A stretch of DNA of 64,000 bases, taken from positions 4,356,735-4,420,734 of the forward strand of contig CM082592.2 of NCBI GenBank assembly GCA_040954595.2, in the 5' to 3' direction. The DNA comes from Balanoglossus misakiensis. Lineage: Eukaryota > Animalia > Hemichordata. The translations under genes were made by a program, and so were the position numbers. Shown piece after piece: positions 1 through 32,633 of this stretch (position 1 is its first letter; each line of letters starts with the position of its first letter). The notes under the pieces are model-generated. The model did not search any database, had not been told where the DNA came from, and saw only the letters and a list, made by a program, of their open reading frames with translations.

Positions 1-3000
1 AAAATTCGCTAAGTCGAAAAATTGTCATTTTTTGATGATTTTCATGGGCTATAACCCATGATTTATTTAAAAAATCAAGAAATTTTGATATTTCGGAAAG
101 TCGAAAAATTGTCATTTTTGGATGATTTTCATGAGCTATAACCCATGATTTTTTTAAAAAATGAAGAAAATTTTAAAATTCGCAAAGTCGAAAAATTGTC
201 ATTTTTTGATTTTTTTCATGGGCTATAACCCATGATTTTTTTCAAAAAATCAAGAAATTTTGAAAATTCGAAAAGTCGAAAAATTGTCATTTTTTGATGA
301 TTTTCATGGGCTATAACCCATGATTTTTTTCAAAAAATCAAGAAATTTTGAAAATTCGCAAAGTCGAAAAATTGTCATTTTTTGATGATTTTCATGGGCT
401 ATAACCCATGATTTTTGTCAAAAAATGAAGAAATTTTGATATTTCGGAAAGTCGAAAAATTGTCATTTTTGGATGATTTTCATGAGCTATAACCCATGAT
501 TTTTGTCAAAATATCAAGAAATTTTGAAAATTCGCAAAGTCGAAAAATTGTCATTTTTGGATGATTTTCATGGGCTATAACCCATGATTTTTTTCAAAAA
601 ATGAAGAAATTTTGATATTTCGGAAAGTCGAAAAATTGTCAATTTTGGATGATTTTCATGAGCTATAACCCATAATTTTTGTCAAAAAATGAAGAAATTT
701 TGATATTTCGGAAAGTCGAAAAAATTGTCATTTTTTGATGATTTTCATGAGCTATAACCCATGATTTTTGTCAAAAAATCAAGAAATTTTGATATTTCGG
801 AAAGTCGAAAAATTGTCATTTTTGGATGATTTTCATGAGCTATAACCCATAATTTTTGTCAAAAAATCAAGAAATTTTGATATTTCGGAAAGTCGAAAAA
901 CTTTCATTTTTTGATGATTTTCATGGGCTTATTATAACCCTTGATTTTATTCAAAAAATCAAGAAATTTTGATATTTCGGAAAGTCGAAAAAATTGTCAT
1001 TTTTTGATGATTTTCATGAGCTATAACCCATGATTTTTGTCAAAAAATCAAGAAATTTTGATATTTCGGAAAGTCGAAAAATTGTCATTTTTGGATGATT
1101 TTCATGAGCTATAACCCATAATTTTTGTCAAAAAATCAAGAAATTTTGATATTTTGGAAAGTCGAAAAACTTCCATTTTTTGATGATTTTCATGGGCTAT
1201 AACCCTTGATTTTATTCAAAAAATCAAGAAATTTTGATATTTCGATAAGTCGAAAAATTGTCATTTTTGGATGATTTTCATGAGCTATAACCCATGATTT
1301 TTGTCAAAAAATGAAGAAATTTTGATATTTCGGAAAGTCGAAAAATTGTCATTTTTGGATGATTTTCATGAGCTATAACCCATGATTTTTGTCAAAAAAT
1401 CAAGAAATTTTGATATTTCGGAAAGTCGAAAAATTATCATTTTTTGATGATTTTCATGGGCTATAACCCATGATTTTTTTAAAAAATGAAGAAAAATTTA
1501 AAAATTCGCAAAGTCGAAAAATTGTCATTTTGGATTATTTTCATGAGCAATAACCCATGATTTTTTTCAAAAAATCAAGAAATTTTTATATTTCGGAAAG
1601 TCGAAAAATTGTCATTTTGGATTATTTTCATGAGCTATAACCCATGATTTTTGTCAAAAAATGAAGAAAATTTAAAAATTCGCAAAGTCGAAAAATTGTC
1701 ATTTTTTGATGATTTTCATGGGCTATAACCCATGATTTTTTTCAAAAAATGAAGAAATTTTGATATTTCGGAAAGTCGAAAAATTGTCAATTTTGGATGA
1801 TTTTCATGAGCTATAACCCGTAATTTTTGTCAAAAAATGAAGAAATTTTGATATTTCGGAAAGTCGAAAAAATTGTCATTTTTTGATGATTTTCATGAGC
1901 TATAACCCATAATTTTTGTCAAAAAATCAAGAAATTTTGATATTTCGGAAAGTCGAAAAACTTTCATGTTTTGATGATTTTCATGGGCTATAACCCTTGA
2001 TTTTATTCAAAAAATCAAGAAATTTTGATATTTCGATAAGTCGAAAAATTGTCATTTTTGGATGATTTTCATGAGCTATAACCCATGATTTTTGTTAAAA
2101 AATCAAGAAATTTTGATATTTCGGAAAGTCGAAAAATTATCATTTTTTGATGATTTTCATGGGCTATAACCCATGATTTTTTGAAAAAAATCAAGAAATT
2201 TTGAAAATTCGCGAAGTCGAAAAATTGTCATTTTTTGATAAATTTCATGAGCTATAACCCATGATTTTTGTCAAAAAATCAAGAAATTTTGATATTTCGC
2301 AAAGTCGAAAAATTGTCATTTTGGATTATCTTCATGAGCTATAACCCATGATTTTTGTCAAAAAATGAAGAAATTTTGATATTTCGGAAAGTCGAAAAAT
2401 TGTCATTTTTGGATGATTTTCATGAGCTATAACCCAGGATTTTTGTCAAAATATCAAGAAATTTTGAAAATTCGCAAAGTCGAAAAATTGTCATTTTTTG
2501 ATGATTTTCATGGGCTATAACCCATGATTTTGTTCAAAAAATCAAGAAATTTTGAAAATTCGCAAAGTCGAAAAATTGTCATTTTTGGATGATTTTCATG
2601 AGCTATAACCCATAATTTTTGTCATAAAATCAAGAAACTTTGATATTTCGGAAAGTCGAAAAACTTTCATTTTTTGATGATTTTCATGGGCTATAACCCT
2701 TGATTTTATTCAAAAAATCAAGAAATTTTGATATTTCGGAAAGTCGAAAAATTGTCATTTTTTGATGATTTTCATGGGCTATAACCCATGATTTTTGTCA
2801 AAAAATGAAGAAAATTTAAAAATTCGCAAAGTCGAAAAATTGTCATTTTTTGATGATTTTTTATGGGCTATAACCCATGATTTTTTTCAAAAAATGAAGA
2901 AATTTTGATATTTCGGAAAGTCGAAAAATTGTCAATTTTGGATGATTTTCATGAGCTATAACCCATAATTTTTGTCAAAAAATGAAGAAATTTTGATATT

Positions 3001-3520
3001 TCGGAAAGTCGAAAAATTTTCATTTTTTGATGATTTTCATGGGCTATAACCCTTGATTTTATTCCAAAAATCAAGAAATTTTGATATTTCGGAAAGTCGA
3101 AAAATTGTCATTTTTGGATGATTTTCATGAGCTATAACCCATGATTTTTCTCAAAAAATCAAGAAATTTTGATATTTCTGAAAGTCGAAAAATTATCATT
3201 TTTTGATGATTTTCATGGGCTATTACCCATGACTTTTTTCAAAAAATGAAGAAATTGTGAAAATTCGCAAAGTCGAAAAATTGTCATTTTTTGATGATTT
3301 TCATGGGCTATAACCCATGATTTTTTTTTAAAAATGAAGAAATTTTGAAAATTCGCAAAGTCGAAAAATTGTCATTTTTTGATGATTTTCATGGGCTATA
3401 ACCCATGATTTTTTTCAAAATATCAAGAAATTTTGAAAATTCGCAAATTCGAAAAATTGTCATTTTTTGATGATTTTCATGGGCTATAACCCATGATTTT
3501 TTTCAAAATATCAAGAAATT
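1..3520. repeat. AT-rich tandem satellite, ~87-88 bp monomer, about 40 copies, truncated by the window edge
   Basis: AAGTCGAAAAATTGTCATTTTT recurs at 11, 98, 185, 273, 361...; consensus ~AAGTCGAAAAATTGTCATTTTTTGATGATTTTCATGRGCTATAACCCATGATTTTTKTCAAAAAATSAAGAAATTTTGAWAWTTCGSA; ends abruptly near 3520. Confidence 0.97.
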
Positions 3521-6469
3521 TGTCTGTGTGTTATATTTGTACAATGTATTGGGATATGTTTTTTTAAAACTATTTATGTGTTCATGTGCCGGTGCTCTAA
3601 GTACAAAATACATATCCTTTTCTTCAGACGAGATACATAAGTGCATATAGTGAGGGACACGTTCATGAAAACAGTTCAGATGGTGTATTGTAGACGGGAA
3701 TATACATCTGGACAATATCATTTTTTGACCCCCCCCCCCTCCGCATTCTGTTGTCTGTGCCTTTCCTACTGGGTCTATATCCCGAATCAATGTGAAACGA
3801 AGTACCCGTTTCACTTTATCAAGAGACCGTGAACCACTTGGTTTAATCCTCTGAACAAAGCCAGGAATAACAGGCCTTAATGGTGGATAGCTTACAGTCA
3901 ATAGAAGGGAAGGGGTCTTAAAAGAGGGCTATCCTCAATGCAGCTGTTTCACCCTGAACCGGGGGAGATTTTCTCAATTGTTGTACGGCTCAGCACTTTC
4001 ACTAGGCTAACTAAATATTATTCCTAGCATTGTCGTCGTCGACACAGATGCAGTACACCAATCGACAAACACAAACAACGCCCAGACACCCTTTGAATTA
4101 GAAAACTGGGCGTAAGATGACGGTCACATGACCAGGCGGTTTAAACAGGCAAACACGCGTTTCAATATAAGCTTATACATATATTTATTGCAAATACAAG
4201 TGTTATCACAAAACATATTATGAATATGTAATAAAACGTTGAAAAGGGATCATCATTAAACAGGATAAAAAGTGCAGTGGTCATCTAATCCAGGATATTC
4301 CAGCCTTTTGCTGAAATGCCGAATGGATTATTTCAAGTTCAATGACACAAAATGACACAGGTTGGCCCGAGCAAGCAAGCCCACCTCGAACGTCACATAA
4401 TCACTGAGCTTACATTGTTCTTACAACTTTTCTATCTGTCTAAAAGTTCGGTCTGCGATCAAACCAAGAAGAATACTGTACGGTTACCGTAAAACGATCA
4501 GTATTGTCGTAAAGTACGACAGGACGCGCATCCCCTCCTTTCTGACCCTGGTGTATACCACCAAGGTCGAATTAGGGCACGTCACCAAATAAGATTTTCA
4601 TAAATAAACACCGCGTCTCTAGTACATGTTACCAAGGGTTAACCCGAATATCAATATTTTACATTCTCGTCAAAGTCTTAATCAAACATACAATCGGCAT
4701 TGTAAGGCACTACTCTTTTCTGAGTCAACATACATTTACTATTATGCGTCATTTTTCCTACGCTTGACATACTCTACAAAGCAATAGACAAATTTCCGGA
4801 CATCGCGATACCCTACGAGATCTCGCGTGGCTAGGCATTTTATATGGTATGACATTCTCATGTGACGCAGTCGCAGGACAAACAGATGACCCATTGTGTT
4901 AAACGTCACTAAAACTACAATTATTGTTCAACTTTGTACCTATTCTACTTTCATACAAAGTTTGAATTCTATCACATGGCTATCAACCCGTTGCTACGGT
5001 AATTAACCAAATCTCGCGAGATCTCGTAATAAGCGGAAAATCATCTTTTGATTTTGAATTTGAGGTGCTATAGTAAGTTATGGTTTGCATTTTTTCCTTT
5101 GCATATATGATACGAGTTGGTCGGATATCTTTAACCTGGATCATACAAATCCAGTTACAATCGATACTCACAGAACCGAAGATTCTTAAAAATGCATTCC
5201 TGAAATTTGTGTTCATTACCGGAGGATTTTGTGAAATGTTCTTCTAGTTTCCAGTTACAGTTGCTACTCTGAATATTGCAAAGCAATCTGTATAACGCTG
5301 TCTGTACTAGGTCAATGTGGATAACTGATGAAAGATCTTCTTTAAATTCGAGTATCGAGCCAATATAGTTCCAAGTTCCATACGAAAACAATCACTTAGA
5401 AACTCAATATTGTCAATACTGGCGGGCTGTATCGTTCTGTTAGTGTTGTGATGTTATACAATAGATGCGACAAACATTCATATCCAAAGGAAAATAATAA
5501 AAGAACGAAGAGAAAATATAGGCAAACACAAAACTCCCAAGTTAATTGTGGAATCAATACGGAAGATTGTCAAAACAAGACGCTGATAGCAAATGACAAG
5601 TTAAGTGTGATACTAAGGGTATATGTAACAGCAAAAAAAATCAGGCGAAAATGATCTTTTGACTGGGTTTTTTGTAAATTAGACCTTAAACGACTCTTGG
5701 GTCGACAATGCACAATGTATATAGTTGCATTCCCAAACATATCATACATTTAAAAATATGTAGACTATAAGATTTGTGAACTAAATATTAAATCACATGA
5801 AAAAAGCTGATCTGAAACGGGCTATCATGCAACCTTAAATATTGTGGATGAAATAAACGTTTGTAATTGAAATTGTCATTCTCGCTTTGTTATACATGTA
5901 ATTTCCTTACTTAGAATAATCGTTGGACTAGATTTGACGTCTCATTAACTAGTTGTTTGCGCAGGCGCAGAACCGTCGACGGATGCCCTTGACCGCGGCC
6001 TTGACTACTAGAATGCATTTGAATTTTCTCTGAACAGCCTTCACTCCTTAAAATACTGAGAATTATTTGAATTTGTTGGAGGGATATAGTAACCCCTTAC
6101 TTGAGTTTTCTTCAAAACGAGACAATACTGTAGATGGTACTTACAAAACAAAATAGTGTGATTTTAAAAACAAACAAACAAACAAACAAACAAACAAATC
6201 AATGAAAGTTAAACGTAGTATCAGAGGCGTTTTTGTAAAATCATCTGTGACATACAACATTTAGTAACAGCCATCGAAAAAATTGAGAAATGTCAAAAAA
6301 TATACATACAATTAACTCAATGTGTAAAAATAAATCTTGCTATGTCAAGTGAAGCATCGAGTTAAAGTGATGATGATTCAAGTAAAGGTAAACAGATTTG
6401 TCGAAGATGTGTCAAAGTTCCAGTACATGTACTCCCTGCCAGGTTTGTAGCTACAGTAGACGAAGTCGT

Positions 6470-24160
<17,691 letters not shown>

Positions 24161-25695
24161 TGTCCTCAGTGACGAACTGACAAATTTGCGCGCATCAGCT
24201 ACCGAGTATGAATAGACGTTGTCTCCATGGAGACCGGTTGCCGTGACGACTGCTGTATGAAAACATTAACGGTGACTCGCCTGTCTGATACGATGTGTTG
24301 CATAACGGCTGCAGACGTTGAAGCCGTATTAAGGTTTAATCGATTTCACCGGGTCTTTAGGGGAGGGGAAGGCAGGGGAGGAGGTGTTTTTTTTAATAAA
24401 GAAGAAAAATCTACATCTTCGCGCAATTTTGCCTTGAAATTGGTCTATTCACAAACGACGTTGGAAATGTGCCCTGCAGGCCGCGTTGTCATCCCTCGCG
24501 TCATCATGCACGATGTTACTTTGATGTTTTCGACATGTCAGTCAGGCAAATCGATTTGGTTCAAAGATGGTTTTCACGATTACGAAAGAGTTGCAAAACG
24601 TAAGTCTCTGTCCAGAGGAGTCTCTTCAGACCAGAAAGGAAGGACATAGGGTCATTTTCAACACGTGGGATGGGACTCTTCCTTACAGAAAAACGAGTTA
24701 CAAAATGAGTTACCTTTCCCAAGTTGTCGTGCATAAAGTATAATTTTAGTGCACGATACATTTACACAGACAAATGTTCATGTCAAAAGAATGGGATCAA
24801 TTTCCGTTAGAATACAAGGACAGCTAACCCCTGTGTAGCTTGTACGCCTTGGGCACCAATACTTCATTACTATGAGTAGAAAAAAAAGATTCTGAAGGAC
24901 TTGATTCCGCCGACGTACTGAGTCGCAGTAATCAGGTCTCATTCACCTGTACCGAAGCGGATATGGACGACAGAGCCCCCCCCCCGCCCCCGCCCCGGGG
25001 TTACCCCCCCCCCCTCTCTCTCTCTCTCTTCATGACTTTCCACCGTGTCGTTTAGCTGAGATTTCACAGACTGAAGGACGTGCCTTGAACGCTCTTAAAT
25101 TACGCAAACAGTTGCTTGGAAACGCAACGGAGCGTGTTCTGTTACAGTAATAGCCGTTGCGTTGAATACAATTGACACCTATTGTGGCCGCTGATAATTT
25201 TTCGGATGCCTATTATTTCAATAACCCCGCGGACAACCAAATGTCCAGGGGAGGTCATCGCGTCGCCGTTCTAATTGGGCAATTTCGAACGGGGTGTAAA
25301 TTGCGGCCGGAAAGACCGTCTCCGTGGATTCACGCGATCGGTGGTTGCAGAGATCGAAGTGGATATGACTCGCAAGATTAATTCCCCCAAGTCTCGTTAA
25401 TGTTGGTGTCGTGTTGTGTCAAGCTGGGCATTAAAGTAAAGCAAATTGAGCCAGAATGCGCCCCATCAGTGATGATTCAACATTATGCTCTGCAAATAAC
25501 AACATTTATACCATACGACGATGCGGTAGGCCTATGATTTTTGTTTCGTGCAAGACATGTCGCATGTTTAGACACCCGCACTATTGGATCACCTGCAATG
25601 TATGGGGTGATTTCACACCCCACCCCGCACCAACCCACCGTCCCGCGTCCCCCTTACCAGATCACGCGAGATTTTGAAATGAACCAACCCCGTTT

Positions 25696-26152
25696 CAGTT
25701 TCATGCATAGCCGTGGTTCTTACCGAAAAATCGTGGTTCTTACCGAAAAATCGTAGTTCTTACGTTATACAGCCTACAAAGTCAAAAAAATTCAAGGTTC
25801 TAGCTTACAAAGTCTTAATTTTAGTCTATGCAATGATAATTTCGCATTAAAAATTAACAATTACCCTCTATATCTCTCTCGTATCATCAAGGTTCTTAGA
25901 TAGGCAGTTTCATGCATAGCCGTGGTTCTTACCGAAAAATCGTGGTTCTTACCGAAAAATCGTGGTTCTTACGTTATACAGCCTACAGAGTAAAATATTT
26001 TCAAGGTTCTAGCTTACAAAGTCTTAATTTTAGTCTATGCAATGATAATTTCTCATTAAAAATTAACAATTACCGCTCTATAGCTCTCTCATATCATCAA
26101 GGTTCTTAGATAGGCAGTTTCATGCATAGCCGTGGTTCTTACCGAAAAATCG
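25696..26152. repeat. Tandem repeat, ~210 bp unit x ~2.2, with nested 20 bp CGTGGTTCTTACCGAAAAAT repeats
   Basis: CATGCATAGCCGTGGTTC at 25702, 25911 and 26121. Confidence 0.9.
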
Positions 26153-27121
26153 GTATGAGAGATTATTCAGGAAAACTTGCGCTTTTGAATACACGTTGTT
26201 CTGTCGGTTTGGGAGAACACCGCATTGTAACAACTGAAACAATCAAGGCACTCGTTTGCGTTGGTGGATGGGTGCATTGACTTTGCCACGGGCGTGTAAG
26301 GAAATGTTATGAAAACAGTTCTTCCATGGAAGAGATGTCAACGTGAACATTGGCGAAAACAACATGGCAACGCCCACACGATTACCACTACCGAGAAACA
26401 CACGGTGGGGTGTGTGACTGTGCCTGAAAGAGCGACATTGTGCCCGTTTTCGTCAATTATCGGCTAAAGTCACGGCCTTGTATTTCAAAAAACAAGCGCA
26501 ATGACCCCTACATTTTATAACAGATTTTTTTATTATGCTTACAAACGAGAAACCAAAAATCCACACGAAAATCAACATTTAAAAGACTTTTACTGAATTA
26601 AATGGCTTTACTGAATCACTCATGGTAAATATGCGACGAAGCCAGAGAGCGGAAATGCCAGTGAAATAATCCTTTTCCGGGAAAACATTCAAAAGTAAGT
26701 AATTCGATACAAAACAGAGAGATATGTAGGTTTCTGTTTCGGGAAATCTTACAAGTTTATATACGAGCAAACCCACAACGGTTCTACTATACATTGATTT
26801 ATTTCATAAGAAACATGATACAGTCTATTACACGTAAGCCTCCAGTATTCACAGCTACCCCATGCTCTACCATGGCAAATAAAAAATCTCGTGCATGACT
26901 ATGTCAGAAACAGGATTTCTGTCGCTATAAATACTTAAGCTTGCTGTCATGCAGCAATGTACAATATCTGATTAATACATAAAACACAAGCCTATCTGAT
27001 CACTATTTTCAACACTGTCTTCATTTATACCGTATGGGCACAAGTACTTGTTAATCACGATTTGGTAACAGCTGTAAACATTGCCGAGATCTTCGTACAT
27101 TTTTAAAACACTAGGGATGGC

Positions 27122-27420
27122 TTAAAGGTTGGCGATCGTCTTATGCGCATGTGCGTAATTTCGTGTGTAGGCTACAAACATCATGTCTGCAAATGTTCTG
27201 CAAATTTTGCGTTCGACGCATTCAAATAGCGGTCTGCCTTCGCTTCCTTCCATATTTCATGCGCACCGTATATGTAGAGCTTTCCCTTCTTTTCACCCAA
27301 TTTGTTGTGTTTCTCCGATACAGACTACGGTCGCCGCCATATTGCCTGCTGCTCGGACAGGACGCGGGCTTGTGGCATTGACTGAATACATTTGGGCACA
27401 TGCGCATATGAGATCGATCA
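27122..27420. mobile_element. MITE family B copy (TIR ~TTAAAGGCCGACGATCGTCTYATGCGCATGTGC)
   Basis: Shares termini and internal sequence with 33610-33893, 29282-29365 and a fragment near 55913-55946. Confidence 0.7.
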
Positions 27421-27545
27421 TGATGACGTGTGTACGTCACATCCAGGCCAACCACCTCCCTGATGCCGTCTGTGTCTCAGTGTCTGGACGACGTTTATAT
27501 ACAACAAATCTTGCAAGGAAATGACGAAACTGTCAAGTTCAACTT

Positions 27546-30500
27546 TCAGAACAGCGCCTCCCTCGTCGTGTCTTCATCCCCTCCTCTTTCTGCAATATTG
27601 TCGTTAAGTCTGTGAAAAGTCCAGAGAAAATGAGAATTAAATTAACACTAAATGGGCGGTTATAGATTTTGTTCCGTCACGTCTGCACATATATGCTTCA
27701 ACGACCCTTCACCAAAGGCATATGTCGCCTGACCAAGTTGATTCAGACTGATTTCTGACAAATTTGACAATCTTGTTTTGCAGTCTGACCTACAATGGTC
27801 GACTGGCAGCCATTTTGTTTTCATTCAAGGTAAACTTACCTGGGATCCTCGTCTTTGGTTTTCGAAGCTTGACTGAAAAACACAAATTTAAAAACACTGG
27901 CTATAGTGTCGGCATGAGGGCGGGGTTGTCCCGTCCGGTGGCTAGCTTCAGATACGGGGTTCCTAACGACAGTTGCTTCAGTCAAATTAAGCAAAAAGTG
28001 TACACTGCTACAGTATACACCATAGCAAATTATGTGGTTGTTACTTTTTATTACAATGTACATCATGGCAAGATTCATTCCTTCAAAATGACCATGAACA
28101 GAGTGAAATTTAAAACAACTTACAGAGCGTCTTGTGGCAAGGCACTTTTGTATCCATCTTTCGAAATGAGAAAATAAGTGGTGAGCAGCCCTTTCCCCTG
28201 CAAGACAACAATTTAAACGACGGTTTGAATATTTCAGAAATACAGATACATGTATTTTCAAAATGTATGAAAGAAAGTGCGGTTCCACGTGTATAGGCTA
28301 CAATGACGACAGACAAAGCCTTTTTTGCGAAATGTGTACGTGCACAAAAGCGACATGACGACACCGCAACATAGCGTGACGTGGGCCGGGCGGTACACAG
28401 TTTACGCAGTTCGTATGCATTACATGTGCCTGACGTCATCACATGATGTGGGGGAGAATCTACATCGGATTTTCAGGATCACCGGATTGAAGATGAACTA
28501 ACACGGGGTTTTGTCTTACCTTCACGTTCACTTCGCCTCTCATTTTCATATGGTAACCCAAATTCATATCAGACAGGGCAGTGAACGTCTGTTTACTGAT
28601 GTGTATGTGAAATGCTATCAGAAATACAAAAATATGTTAAATGAATACCAAAAATATTGTCATTTTTATAATTAAGCAATAACCCCCGCCATAGGCAGGT
28701 ATTGTGTACAATTCGCGTTAGGCGAGTGGTATATGGAGCGATTTGTAGCCAAATCTCGACTGAGGCAGTGGTTATTGCTATTACATTATATCAAAAATGT
28801 ATTGTGTGGCATATCAGTGTCATCTTCTAAGAAGCATCAGAAAAAGTTAGCAGTGCAATAGATTGAGTATTTTAGCATCGCTGGATTGAGCCCTCGTACT
28901 ATCAGAATGACGGATGGTAACATGATATAATATAATTATAAATATTCGCTTGTTTGAAGCGTTAATGTTAAATTACTAGTAACTCGGAGTTGATTGAAAA
29001 TGATACAATTTCCCACCAAAATTGTCCGATTCTGGAGAAAGAATCGCTGATGGATACTGGCAAGCGAAAAAACTGGCCCTGCTGTTTCAGACAAAATGTG
29101 CACGCAACAAATTTACACATCACTATTCGTCCGAAGACAATGAGCTAATTCTACAGGTGCGTTGTGCTGTTTTCATTATTGTTCTCAGCTGTGCGTGGGT
29201 GTAGCTTGTAGCTCTACAGAATATTCATAATGGACGGATGGAATGAAAACCAAGCAGAGCCATTGCCGTCTTTAAATAAGTTTAAAGGCCGACGATCGTC
29301 TTATGCGCATGTGCGTAATTTCGTGTGTACATGTACATACACTCAGGATGATCGCCGCCCTTTAAAGAGGCATAGCCTAATATTCTTTACCCATACTACA
29401 AAGTCCCATGGTCGACAGTGGTACCGTCACTTACGTTTCCCCGTCGACTCCATTCGGGACGCCAAGTTGATGGTGTCACCGAACAGGCAATACCGAGGCA
29501 TGACGAGGCCGACCACGCCTGCAACGACGGGACCGGTGTGGATGCCGATGCGTAGCTGGAGCTTGTCGCGCGGGCGGTGGCGTATCTTGAAGTGCGTCAC
29601 GGTGCTCAGGAGATCCAGGGCACAGTTGGCGATCTCCGCCGAGTGGCGGTTGCCGTTCCTCTGCGGGACGCCGGACACTATCATGTACGCATCCCCGATG
29701 GTCTCAACCTGGCGAGGGGCAAAGCACATTGTGGCAACAAAAAAACTGAGCTCACTATTTACCACCGCGACCGTGAAATTCTGCGATGTGACATCAACTG
29801 TCCATATTATAAATCTCGGTTGAATTCTTCTGTTGATTAATGATGACATATAAACGCAAGAAGCCAATTTGCTGTGAATTGTCACTCTGACGGAAGTACT
29901 TTATTTGGCGCCAAAAATGCAAGCCACTCTCTACTCTGTTCGCTTTCAACATTTAACATTCGAACCAGCATTAGGGATTTTTGAAGGGGGTACAATATTT
30001 AGTTTTAAAGACAATCGGCTGAAAAGAGAGTGTGGCCTGGAGAGAGAGAGAACGTCCGCGGTCCTGTTGTTTTTAAAATATTGGTAAATGAACCGAATTG
30101 CTTTTCTGTAATTCCAGAACTGCTCGATGGCCAATCCAATTATCTATTTTTGTTCTAAAAATAAAAATAGTGTAATAAACTTCCCAGTAGGCATAGCACT
30201 TTCTGAAGGTCGACGTCTTCACCTTTGGGCGTGCGTTCTACCTGAATACAGTTCCAATGCCATTTTTGTGAAATTCATGACATGGATATAAAAGTGCCAT
30301 GCTGGACTTAGCCATCGTTTAGTTAGCCAGAACATAAATGATTACGCTCACCTCACACCATTAGTGGGTGGTATTGGAACGCAGTGGGGGTAAACATCAA
30401 ACAATGACTCACCTTGTACACGTCATGGTTGGAAATAAGTGCATCAAAGCAACTGTACAAGTCATTGAGGAAGTCGACAACCTGTAAAAATAACCAGAAT

Positions 30501-32576
30501 GACCTTTGAATATTCATCTACTACCATATATGGAAATCTATAAAAATCACACTGAAAGTGTAAGTCTTTGATGCATAGTACGTCATTTTTTGCGTCTACT
30601 CGTACGCCATTAGTATTATTGGACGGGTTTGGCTGCACGTTTTCCGAGCACGTGAACGCGACGCGTGACTGCGAATACGAGTCTCGGTGCTAAAAAGTAT
30701 TAAGATAGGGGGTTGTACTCATCTCCTGATAAAAAGGGGGCTTTTTCGGCGTGAATACAAAAGTGCGTTTACGCTGACGCGAGTGTAGATTTTACAAGTT
30801 CATGTTCGAGTAACGTGTAGACACAAGGGTGAAACATTCGCCAAATGGGCAGCGAGAAAGAGAGACTTTCTCCCTTTATTGCATTTGCAAAAAAATGAGA
30901 AATATACTCGAGATTAGAATTAACACGTATAATGAGCCGAGTTGTGAGAGTGCGGCTGTTTCAGTTCAAATTAAAGCTAGAACTTTAGACTTCCGATGTA
31001 GGATTAACTAACTGCCCAGTGTTCTATATTCAGATTACTCTCTTACCGTAAAATTCATGTCCTGGGCATAACCTACTGTGTGAAGCAACAAAAGCTCACC
31101 TGTATCGGCGTACTCTCTGACGACAATGTCGTAAAACCTACAATATCAGAGAAGTAGACAGTTGCAGACTCGTAATTCTGAGGCTCCACCATCTTGCCGA
31201 CTTTTAACTGCTCTGCAACAGTCCTGATAAATGAAAGAAACATCACATCTGTACGCCTTTTCTTCATAAACAGGGCGCCCGTCCAAGACGACGCGAAAAC
31301 GAGGCCAGTAGGTCACAGAGTAAACACTTTATTGTCTTGGGTATCGTCGCTATAGTTGGGATCGACGTTCGACAGCCACATTTTATTGTAAGGTAGGTGT
31401 ATTACAAGCAACCAGACGAGCTCGAGCAGTATTCTGTAACCTAATGGAATCGTTTGCGCGTCGTCTGCTTGGAGATGACGCCATGTTTTGGAAGGGCGCC
31501 ATCTTTACGAAAAAAAGGCGTATGCAAGCACATGTTAGTGCTCCCGTATTTTGTTATAACAAGTTCTGAAACATGCGCAGTAGTAATACATTGACATGAA
31601 AGGTTTGACCCAAATATGCCGACCGGCCTCCTCAGTGGCACTATAATAAAACCTTGCATTCTGTAGCTAACTCGTTCGTTTTGTGTCATATCGATAAAAC
31701 TGACTTACGGTGGCAGCATACGATACAGCAGACGATCAGTTTTCCTTTTTTCTTCCAGTAGCTGTTCTGTTCGTTCTTCTACAATTTCTTCCAAATTGTT
31801 GGAATATTTTTCCATCATGTTCATAATGTTATCCATTATACTCACATTTCTATCAAGAGACAAGACTTGTGATAAATATATTGCCTTTCTATCGCTGTAA
31901 TTTGCATATTTAAGCAATAACCCCCGCCGCAGGCGGGTATACACGAGATTTTGGTACAATTCGAGACATATAGCACGAGCCGTTATATATGGAAAATCCC
32001 CGCCAATTTTACAGCAAACCGAAAACATCATATCACATTCCTTCCTCCAATAATAAAGTGCAGGGGAGATATAATGGCTTCTCTGCCTTCTCCTGACTAA
32101 TATTAAACTGTTTTACGAATGGGAAGATTCGTTAAAGTGTGATTTCCTTCAATCGAAACCCAACATGAACGATATCCGCACAAAATAAGGCGGGAACACC
32201 ATGCGCGCGCAGGCATGTAGTTTCGTATACTGTGTTTCACCAGTCACTCACTCTCCTCCACAGATACTTTTGATGTCTCCTCGTATTTTGCTTGCACTGG
32301 GTCGGTCATCGGGATTCTCACTCCAACATTTCACCATGAGATGGAGAACAGCCTCTCCCATATCCTCTGTTTGGTTGTTACTTTGTAAAATGGGACGATA
32401 AGGGGTGCTTTCTCCGTTGCGAATGCGGTTGACAACATCTATGGAAAGGAAAACATGTTTCTAGGTTACTATATCCACCAATCGATAAATCAATAAATCC
32501 ATCCATCCATCCATCCATCCATTAATCGATCGATCGATCGATCGGCCGACTGACCGATCGATCGATTGATCGACCG

Positions 32577-32633
<57 letters not shown>

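Noticed and set aside
1-3520. Regular palindrome-containing repeats as a CRISPR array
   Set aside because: No unique spacers; the whole monomer repeats, and the context is eukaryotic.
29230-29840. Long plus-strand ORFs opposite cyclase exons (also 9742-9981, 48549-48902, 60589-61053)
   Set aside because: Antisense shadows of GC-rich coding exons.
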